Below, in pieces: positions 27,652-38,779 of a DNA stretch of 64,000 nucleotides (the first letter of the stretch is position 1; each line of letters starts with the position of its first letter). The translations under genes and the position numbers were made by a program. The notes under the pieces are model-generated. The model saw only the letters and a program-made list of their open reading frames with translations. It searched no databases and had not been told where the DNA came from. Location of the stretch: the NCBI RefSeq assembly GCF_006345805.1, contig NC_042999.1:4712001-4776000 (forward strand). Direction: 5' to 3'. Origin of the DNA: Octopus sinensis. Taxonomy: Eukaryota.

Positions 27652-30600
27652 TATACAAACACAACAGGCTTCCATCAGCCATGTAGTTTCAAGTTCAGTC
27701 CCACTGTACAGCACCTTGGGCAAGTACCTTCTACTGTAGCTCCAGGTCGACCAAAGCCTTGTTAGTGGATTGGGTGGACAGAAACTGAAAGGCAACGAGC
27801 TGGCAGAAACGTTAGCACTCCGGGCAAAATGCTTAGTGGTATTTCATCTGTCACTACGTTCTGAGTTCAAATTCCGCCGAGGTCGACTTTGCCTTTCATC
27901 CTTCATCATCATCATCATCATCATCATCGTCGTTTAGCGTCCGTTTTCCATGCTAGCATTCGCTAAATTAATTTCCAGTAATGCATTGGAGTCGATATAT
28001 ATTTCTTTACTACCCACAAGGGGCTAAACACAGAGAGGACAAACAAGGACAGACAAAGGGATTAAGTCGATTACATCGACTCCAGTGCGCAACTGGTACT
28101 TAATTTATCAACCCCGAATGGATGAAAGGCAAAGTTGACCTCGGCGGAATTTGAACTCAGAACGTAACGGCAGACGAAATACGGCCACGCATTTCGCCCG
28201 GCGTGCTAACGTTTCTGCCAGCTCGCCTTTGTCTGTCCTTGTTTGTCCCTTCTGTGTTTAGCCCCTTGTGGGTAGTAAAGAAACAGGTATTTCATCTGCC
28301 GTTAAGTTCTGAGTTCAAATTCCGCCGAAGTTAACTTGGCCTTTCATCCTTTCAGGCTCGATAAATTAAGTACCAGCTGCACACTGGGGTCGATCTAATC
28401 GACTTAATCCCATTGTCTGTCCTTGTTTGTCCCCTCTGTGTTTAACCCCTTGTGGGTAGTAAAGAAACAAGAAATAAGAAACTGAAAGCCCAGTGTGTGT
28501 GTGTGTTTATCCTTGTCTGGACATTATGTGGTGGTTGTACATGAGCACCACTATCATACAGGCAGTGTAGTTTACTTCTATGAAAATCATGTCTGGTTGT
28601 ATGGAAAATATTACTTTACTTGGAGACAGGTGAGGGTTGGCTGCAGGAAAAGCATCCAGCTGTAGAAAACCTCCCTCGTCAAATTCTGTCTGACCCTTGC
28701 ATGCATGGAAAAGTGGATTTTTATTGATGATTTTTAGGTCTACTTTGTTTATATTGCTTATTGACAGAGCGACTGACCGGCTTCCGTGCCAGTGGCACAT
28801 AAAAGGCACCATTTGTGTGTGATAGTTACCAGCGTCACCTTAGTGGCACATGTGCCAAGGATTCGAGCGAGGTCATTGCCAGTACCTCCTGACTGACCCT
28901 GTGCCGGTGACACGTAAAAAGCACCCACTACACTCTCGGAGTTGTTGGCATTAGGAAGGACATCCAGCTGTAGAAACTCTGCCAGATCAAATTGCAGCCT
29001 GGTGCAGCCATCTGTTTCGCCAGTCCTCAGTCAAATCGTCCAACCCATGCTAGCATGGAAAGCGGACGTTAAACAATGATGATGATAATGATTTCATACA
29101 GTAGATGCTCAAAATAAGTAATGTCTCTCTCTTTTACTCTTTTACTTGTTTCAGTCATTTGACTGCAGCCATGCTGGAGCACCGCCTTTTAGTCGAGCAA
29201 ATCAAACCCGGGACTTATTCTTTGTAAGCCCAGTACTTATTCTATCGGTATCTTTTTGCCGAACTGCTAAGTGACGGGGACATAAACACACCAGCATCGG
29301 TTGTCAAGCAATGCTAGGGGGACAAACATAGACACACAAACACATACACACACACATATATATATACATATATACGACAGGCTTCTTTAAGTTTCCGTCT
29401 ACCAAATCCACTCACAAGGCTTTGGTCGGCCCGAGGCTATAGCAGAAGACACTTGCCCAAGGTGCCACGCTGTGGGACTGAACCCGGAACCATGTGGTTG
29501 GTTAGCAAGCTACTTACCACACAGCCACTCCTGCGCCTATTTAATTAAGAAATTTTGACACTTATTTTTTTCCATGCTACATGTTAATTTTGACACTTTT
29601 TTTCCATGCTACATGTTAATTCATTTCAAACTCCTCCTGATTTTCTTCTTTCAGGTCCGAACACGCCGACTTGCTGTAATAATGACACCATTCATAACTT
29701 TGCCAAAAGTTTGAGTCAGGCTCAAGAGTTGTTGACCCGCTGCCCATCATGTTTTTACAACTTCCGCAACCTTTATTGTTCTTTCACTTGCGACAGTCAA
29801 CAGAGCAAATACGTCCATGTTTCTGAGACAAAGAATATTTCTGGCAAACTTGCCGTTGGAAGCATTGAATACGCTGTTGACCCCGTGTTTGCCAATGGCC
29901 TCTTTGACTCCTGCAAAAATGTTCTAATGCCGAGTGCCAACATGAAAGCCATTACATTGATGTGTGGTAGTTATGGCAAGCATTGTACTGCTGAAAAGTG
30001 GTTGAAATATATGGGAGATATTGGAAACATGCACACTCCAATTGGTATTCACTTCAATGTCACAAGCACTCCCTGGAATGTTACTCCTCAGAAATCATTA
30101 GTTCCTATGAATTACTCAATAATTCCTTGTAGTTCACCTGTAAGCAATGACACAAAAGCTTGCAGTTGTCAAGACTGCAGCAGTTCGTGCCCTGTTTTCC
30201 CACCAGCCCCTAAACCTCCAAAACCATGGGAGATTCTCTACATTAATGCTTATGATTTCATATGGGGCTCCATATTTCTAGGGTTTTTTCTTGCATTTAT
30301 GTCCTACGTTATTTGGGAAAACATTGTCTGGCAAAATAGTTTGGGCTTGGCTGATGGAAATGAGCCAACTCAGTTGTCTGATTATCCAGTTTTAGGGGAG
30401 ACTATATTTGCAACTCGCAGTAAATTATCTACTATAGGTGATAGCTTCATGAACTTTTTAGATGAAAAGTTTTATAAGTGGGGCTATTTGTGTGCTAAAT
30501 ACCCACTGAGAGTTCTTTCAGTTAGTGCAGTTATTTCCATTGCCCTTTCTTGCGGGGTTATAAAATTCCAAGTTATTACTAACCCTGTATTACTGTGGTC

Positions 30601-33600
30601 AGGCGCTACTAGTGAAGCTCGTCTTCAGAAGAACTACTTTGATGAAAATTTCGGGTAAGTTACCTTCATTTCATATGTAATCATATCAGCATGTTGGCTC
30701 CTAAGCCTCGTTTTACATTTTATCCCAGGGTCCCAATACGATATCTTCATTAATTTTGACATGAGTGGCATAATATTTTTACAGTATACCATATGTGAAG
30801 CAAGGATCATATAGGTAGTGTTAGATACCCACGTCCCACTAGAGGGTCATGTGGCACCCTAGGTCATATCACATCCTAGATATCTCATGACCTACCTGTG
30901 GTCGATTAAATATTTGTGATATTTTCTATTGGAAGATCTCGAAAACTTTTCGAAAAGAGCTATTTTGGTTTCTATGACAAGTAAAATATTTTTCATTCCC
31001 TTCTCTTTCTATTGGAAAATCTACCTATTTTTTCAAAAAAATTGGTATGGCAAATAAAATTTTCTCAATGCTCAATCTTTTATTTTACCTCATTTCATGG
31101 TGAAATCAGAAGAGAAACGAAAAACAAATATATATATATATGTTGGACGACATGTCGGGGGCTTCCATGGCATCCATGGAGGCTACGGTTTTGGCTCTCG
31201 TAATGAGGAAGGAACCAGGCTGCTGGAGTTCTGCGATGCAAATGACCTTATGGTCTGCAATACCAACTTCAGGAAACCCACCTCTCACCTAGTCACCTAC
31301 CGTTCTGGCAGACACACCAGCCAGATTGACTACATCCTTGCTAGAAAAAGGGAAAGAGGGCTGATTATAAATGCCAAAACCTTTCCAGGCAAAGAATGTA
31401 CTCCCCAACATAGATTAGTAGTTAGCGACTTCAGGATCAGAGCTAAATGGTTGCCCAGAAGAAGACCAGCTTGGAGGAGAAGGGTCTGGAAGCTTAAAGA
31501 TCCTGCAAATAGACAGAGATTTAGGGACATACTACTCGAAGCCTTTGACGAAATAGAAGGGGATATAGCTTCACTTAATGTGGAAGACAACTGGAGATTC
31601 CTACAGGACAATCTGCTGACAGCCACTGACCAGATCTGTGGATGGAGCAAAGTACCATCTCGACCCAGAGTAACATGGTGGTGGAACACTGTGGTTGACA
31701 GGGCTATTAGACAAAAGAGACAGGCTTGGAAGGACTGGAAGAACGGTGGTAGCAGGGAATTGTATCAGACAGCCAGAAGGGAAGCTAGGAGACAGGTTTA
31801 TTTAGCCAGAGGGGAAGAGGATAAGAAAAAATTTGCCAATGTTCTGAGCCGTGAGGATGAAAGACTTGAGGTATTTCGTGTTGCAAGACAGTGTGTGAGA
31901 GAGAATCGTGATGTGGTAGGAGAGAAGTGTGTTCGCATGGATGATGGTTCACTTGCGCTAAATGAGGATGCAAAGAGAGAGGTTTGGAGATGCCACTATG
32001 AAAGGTTGCTGAATAAAGAAAATGAATGGGATAAAGAGAGTCTGCCGAATGTTGACCCAACAGAGGGACCAGCTATCCAAGTTGATAGTTCCGTGGTAGC
32101 TAAGGCAATTAGAAGCATGAAGACAGGGAAAGCCCCAGGCCCATCAGGAATTACTGCAGAGATGCTCAAAATATCTGGCAGTGTCGGCTATAACCTAGTC
32201 ACCCGTATAGTCAACCAGGTGATACACGAAGGAGTCATACCCAATGACTGGTGTAGCAGCATACTAGTCAACTGCTACAAAGGTAAAGGTGATGCTCTAG
32301 ATACAAATAATTACAGAGGTATCAAGCTGTTGGATCAGGTAATGAAGGTTACGGAGAGGGTCATAGCCCAACTAATTAGAGAGAGAGTTAGTTTAGATGA
32401 GATGCAGTTTGGGTTCGTGCCAGGGAAAAGCACCACTGATGCTATATTCCTAGTAAGGCAGCTGCAGGAGAAATACCTAGCCAAAGATAAGCCCCTGTAC
32501 CTGGCTTTCATTGACATGGAGAAAGCCTTTGATAGGGTCCCCCGATCTCTCATCTGGTGGTCAATGAGGAAACTAGGGATAGATGAATGGCTGGTGAGGG
32601 CTGTGCAAGCCATGTACAGAGATGCCGTAAGTAAGGTTAGGGTTGGCAACATGTACACAGAAGAATTCAAAGTAGAGGTTGGGGTCCACCAGGGTTCAGT
32701 ACTCAGCCCCCTCCTATTTATCATAGTCCTCCAGGCAATTGTGGAGGAATTCAAGACAGGTTGCCCCTGGAAGCTCCTCTATGCTGACGACCTCGCTCTA
32801 ATTGCTGAGTCACTATCAGAACTGGAGAAGAAGTTCCAGGTGTGGAAGGAGGGTTTAGAATCGAGGGGCCTTAGAGTCAACCTAGCTAAAACCAAAGTAC
32901 TAATAAGTAGAAAGGTAGACAATCCACAAATATCCTCGGGAAGATGGCCTTGCTTGATCTGTAGAAAAGGTGTAGGTAGAAACTCTATAAGATGTACCCA
33001 GTGTAAGCTATGGACACATAAGAGGTGCAGCAATGTCAAAGGTAGGCTAACTGGGAAGATAGTTTTTGTATGTGGCAGATGCTCGGGAGCATTGACCTCT
33101 GAAAATCTGCAGAAAACAACTTCCGTCACTTTCCGGGGGGAAAAACTAGAAGTAGTTGATAGCTTCCGCTATCTAGGTGACCAAGTCAGCAGTGGGGGTG
33201 GGTGCGCTGAAAGTGTAACTGCTAGAATAAGAATAGCCTGGGCAAAGTTTAGGGAGCTCTTACCTCTGCTGGTGACTAAAGGCCTCTCGCTCAGAGTAAA
33301 AGGCAGACTGTATGATGCATGTGTACGAACAGCTATGCTACATGGCAGTGAAACATGGGCCGTGACTGCTGAGGACATGCGTAAGCTCGTGAGGAACGAA
33401 GCCAGTATGCTCCGATGGATGTGTAATGTCAGTATACTTACTCGACAGAGCGTTAGTACCTTGAGAGAAATGTTGTACCTAAGAAGCATCAGTTGTGGTG
33501 TGCAAGAGAGACGATTGCGCTGGTATGGTCATGTGGCGAGAATGGATGAAGATAGGTGTGTGAGAAACTGCCAATCCCTAGCAGTTGAGGGAACCCGTGG

Positions 33601-36600
33601 AAGAGGTAGACCCAGGAAAACCTGGGACGAGGTGGTGAAGCACAACCTTCGGACGTTAGGTCTCACCATGGAAATGACTAGAGACCGAGACCTATGGAAG
33701 TATGCTGTGCGTGAGAAGACCCGGCAAGACTAATGAAGCCATAACCCGTGGCCCCTACCTGGGACGTAGTCAGTCCACCTGTGCATACCTTCCTTCTTGT
33801 GACACTTGTGAAAACCTGTTGAGGCAAGTGAAAATCAAATCAAATCAAATCAAATCAAATCAAATCAAATCAAACCAAATCAAAATAGATGAACATCAAT
33901 GGAATTTGTATCCTTGTGGTACCAGTGCCGGTGGCACATAAGAAAACCATCCGAACGTGACCGTAGCCAGTACCGCATCGACTGGCCTCCGTGCTGAGGG
34001 CACGTAACAAACACCATCCGAGCGTGGCTGTTCGCCAGCCTCGTCTGGCACCTGTGTCGGTGACACATAAGAAAACACCATCCGAGCGTGGCCGTCTGCC
34101 AGCCTCGTCTGGCACCTGTGTTGGTGGCACATAAAAAACACCATCCGAGCGTGGCCGTCTGCCAGCCTCGTCTGGCACCTGTGTCGGTGGCACATAAAAA
34201 ACACCATCCGAGCGTGGCCGTCTGCCAGCCTCGTCTGGCACCTGTGTCGGTGGCACATAAAAAACACCATCCGAGCGTGGCCGTCTGCCAGCCTCGTCTG
34301 GCACCTGTGTCGGTGGCACATAAAATCACCCACTACACTCTCGGAGTGGTTGGCGTTAGGAAGGGCATCCAGCTGTAGAAACACTGCCAGATCTGACTGG
34401 CCTGGTGCAGCCTTCGGGCTTGCCAGACCCCAGTTGAACCGTCCAACCCATGCTAGCATGGAAAGCGGACGTTAAACGATGATGATGATGATGATGATGA
34501 AAAGATCTATAAAAAATTGTTGTCTTAGTGTAGCAAAAGGACAAATCAAAGCAATCGGAAGATACCAGCTCTCAGAAAGCCCATAGGAAAGAAATTTAAA
34601 AATGACCCACTGGTGTGTCAGGTGGGTCTTGCTAACTTACCACCATGACCCACCAACAAGACATGTGGGAGCCAACATGTTGTTAGCACCTCGCTAGTTC
34701 TAATCAAAGTTTGAACATCATAAAAATGGTTATTTTTGTCTGCATTATGTCGCTATTGCAGGCTTGCTTGATGAATTTACTTCTTGACTATTTGGTCCCG
34801 GGTTGTGCCTTGTTGCACAGTGTCTTTGACAAATCTCTTCTGCTGTAATCTCAGTTTCACAAATGCCACATAAATGAAATCCATCTGGCACCAACAAGAT
34901 TGTGTTGTGGCACTAGAAAAGTTGCTTCCATCCATCCATCCATGATGATGATGATGATGACGACTGTATTGTTACTTTGCAATTTTTTTAGTTAGATGCC
35001 CCCTATAGGCTTCTTCTAGAATATTACATTTGGAATTGACTTTCTGCCAGTCTGTCTTTGGTAGTCAGGCTATGGCTGTGTGGTTAAGAAGCTCACTTTG
35101 TAACCTCTGAGCAGTACCTTGGATAAGTGTCTTCTGCCATAGCCCTAGGCGCCTTGAGTGAAACTATAATAATAAAAATAATAATAATGAAATTATTGTA
35201 TATAGTGCTCAGGTGCACCACAACTTGTCAAAAGTGCGTATAAAGTATATGCAGTAATGTAAAAATGTCTGGAAAGCGAACAATGTATGAGTCAGATACA
35301 TGCTTGTGTGTGTATGGAGAGGAGAAAATCAGATGTAGTGTTGGCAAATCTCAGAAAGCATGGAAGTTTTGAAGGATGCAGTGCTCCGACAACTAACAAC
35401 TGATGCCGGCAGTTTGTTCCATGCTTCAGCAACTCTAAGTGTGAAAAAATGTTTCCTGAAGTCATGGGAGCTATGCTGTTTTCTGACTTTGTAAATATGT
35501 CCACGGGTGTTAGATGGGTGCTGAAGCCCATCATGTATGTATGTGCGTGTCTTTCTGTGTTTGTCGCTCCGTGCACATAGTATCTGACAGCTGGTGTTGG
35601 TTTGGTCACATCCATGTAACTTAGAAGTTTGGCAAAAGGAAGTGATGGAATAAATGTCAGACTTAAAGAGAAAATCATAAGCACTGGGGTTGGCTTGTTT
35701 GACTACAACCCATCAGAATGGTGCCCCAGCATGGCCAGAGTCCATTGACTGAAACAAGTAAAAGAAGATAAGGCATGCTCTCATAAATGAAAGTGATGAT
35801 TGGGGCCACTATCAATTTGTGCCATGTGCCAGTGGCACGTAAAAAGCACCCACTACACTCACAGAGTGGTTGGCGTTAGGGAGGGCATCAAGCGGGAGAA
35901 ACTCTGCCAGATCAGACTGAAGCCTGGTGCAGCCTCCTGGCTTCCCAGACCCCAGTCGAACCGTCCAACCCATGCTAGCATGGAAAACGGACGTTAAACA
36001 ATGATGATGATGATGACGACACTATAGAACTGAGTAATTTATAGCAGCATGGAAACTTTGTAAAGCATAAAACTGATCTCAGATTTATAAAAGATTTTTA
36101 TGGCTATCCGTTTATGATTTAGAATTGTATGACAACTCCACTTTACTGAATATCATTCTTATGTTTCTTCTCTGTTTTCTTTTTTTTCTTTTCTTTTGAA
36201 GACCTTTCTACCGCAGTGAAATGGTAATTATAACAAGAAATGGGAACCACTCTCGTATCCAGCATCTTATGCCACCACCATCAGCAACATTTGTCTATTA
36301 CGATCCCATTTTTGACAAAGACTTCATGCATCAGGTTGGATTTCGTTTTTCTATTTGTTATTAAATTTGTTATTTGTTATTTATAGGCGTAGGAGTGGCT
36401 GTGTGGTAAGTAGCTTGCTTACGAACCACATGGTTCCGGGTTCAGTCCCACTGCATGGCACCTTGGGCAAGTGTCTTCTACTATAGCCTCGGGCCGACCA
36501 AAGCCTTGTGAGTGGATTTGGTAGACGGAAACTGAAAGAAGCCCGTCATATATATGTATATATATATGTGTGTGTGTCTGTGTTTGTCCCTCCAACATTG

Positions 36601-38733
36601 CTTGACATCTGTTGCTAGTGTGTTTACATTCCCGTAACTTAACGGTTCGGTAAAAGAGACCGATAGAATAAGTACTAGGCTTACAAAGAATAAGTTCTGG
36701 AGTCGATTTGCTCGACTAAAGGTGGTGCTCCAGCATGGCCACAGTCAAATGACAGAAACAAGTAAAAGAGTGAAAGAGTAAATTATTAAAATAATTGGCA
36801 GGAAACCTGCTTATTTTCATGACAAATTCTTTTCATACTAAAGGTAGCAGAGACGTGGCTGTGTGTTTAAGCAGTTTGCTTCTTACGTGGTTCCAGGTTC
36901 AATCTCACTGTGTGACACCTTTGCAGGTGTTTTATGCTTTACACTCACACTGATCATAGCCTTGTGAGTGGATACAGTAGGCAGAAACTCACAAAAACCC
37001 ATTGTATATTTCTGTGTGTGTGTGTGTGTGTTTATGTCTCCTTTTCTTGACATAGTAAAGTATGAGAGAAGGAACAATATTTAAATATTTCATCTCATCT
37101 TATCTGTTTTTCAGGTTCTTGACTTGCAAAATGCTATTTCTGAGCTAACTACAGAATTCAACAATGAGACAATTGGACTGAAAGACATCTGTTTCTCCCC
37201 TTTGGCACCGGCCAATAACAACTGTACAATCCAGAGTATATTCCAGTACTTTCAGAACGACCATGCCAACCTTGATAAAGTCAACAAGACCATCCTACAA
37301 ACTTTTGCTGATTATCTTGACCACATAGAGACCTGTGCTATGTATGTTCACGTAAAAAAATTTATCTTACTAGATTTTTTTTGCTAAGATGCTTCACTGA
37401 ATTTCTTTTTATTATTATTGTTAAGGTGGTGAGGTGGCAGAGTCGTTAGCATACCAGACTGAAATTAAAACTAAACACAGTTATAGGTTCAGCTCCTTAT
37501 AAGATGATTCCTACCTAACCTCAGACACTATTATACACTTTGACATTCATCCTTTAATGTATTAACTTTCAAAGGCAGCAAGCTGGCAGAATCGTTAGCA
37601 CGCCGGGCAAAATGCGTAGCCGTATTTTGTCTGTCTTTACGTTCTGAGTTCAAATTCCGCTGAGGTCGACTTTGCCTTTCATCCTTTCGGGGTCGATAAA
37701 TTTAGTACCAGTTACACACTGGGGTCGATATAATCAACTTAATCTGTTTGTCCTCTCTATGTTTAGCCCCTTGTGGGTAGTAAAGAAATAGGTATTTCGT
37801 CTGCCTTTACATTGAGTTCAAATTCTGCCAAGGTCGACTTTGCCTTTCATCCTTTCAGTTGGAGTCAATAAAATAAGTACCAGTTGAGCACTGGGGTCAA
37901 TGTAATTGACTAGCCACCACCCCCAGAAAAATTTAGGCTTTCAGCCTATATTAGAAAAGATTAATATTATTGAATGAGAGAGCAGTGCATGTCATCAAAG
38001 TGACACTGGGGTACGAATATATGAAACCCAATTTATCCATCATGACTACCCATCTGATAAAGGTACACCAAGCAACCATATGTACACAACATGGTGACCT
38101 TGTATCAAGGTAAACAACACATGACATTGCAGGTGAGGCTCTGTTAAAATATTCTTGAGGTCGAGTAGCCCATTCTGCTCAAAAGGTCCCTGAATAAGGT
38201 TTGTTTAAGGATGCTAAACAAAACAACCATGTTTCCAGTGGTGAATTATTCAAACCCCAAAGAATTTCTCTCAACACATGGCTATGATGCTCCCCAACTA
38301 CTTCTGCTCATGATCAGAGATGCGCATATCGTCAGCCACCAAGAGACATGCTCAACTGGTTACGGTCAAACAACTGACAAGCAAATCTGTGGTATTGAGC
38401 AGAATATTTGCTGTAGCTCATCTTTATTATTATTATTATTCAGTAGTTTTATTTTTATAGCGTGCTTTCACTTCACTACCGAGCGCAGCTCTGTGTGCCT
38501 TAGGTATGTGCTGTGATTTGTTGTGATGCTCTGATGGTTATTGTATGGAAAGCGTTCTGCGTAGGATGTGTGCAGTGCCTAGTAGTGCAATTTTCTGTAT
38601 GTTATATGTGTTTGTAAGTCCTGGTGTTTTTGTTATGTATTTATCTGAATATTTTTTTATCATGCCTAATGCACCTACTATGATAGGAATTGTTTCTGTT
38701 TTCAGATTCCACATTCTAGTTACCTAGAATTAA

Positions 38734-38779
<46 letters not shown>

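Noticed and set aside
31097-31140. ATG start of the 878-aa ORF ([16 protein letters not shown])
   Set aside because: Flanking intron and (TA)n sequence that happens to be in frame; RTE homology begins near 31141, mid-endonuclease
33870-34459. ORFs with perfect 21-aa repeats; array superficially CRISPR-like
   Set aside because: They come from a 63-bp tandem repeat in a LINE 3' UTR; units are contiguous with no unique spacers, and the DNA is eukaryotic with no cas genes
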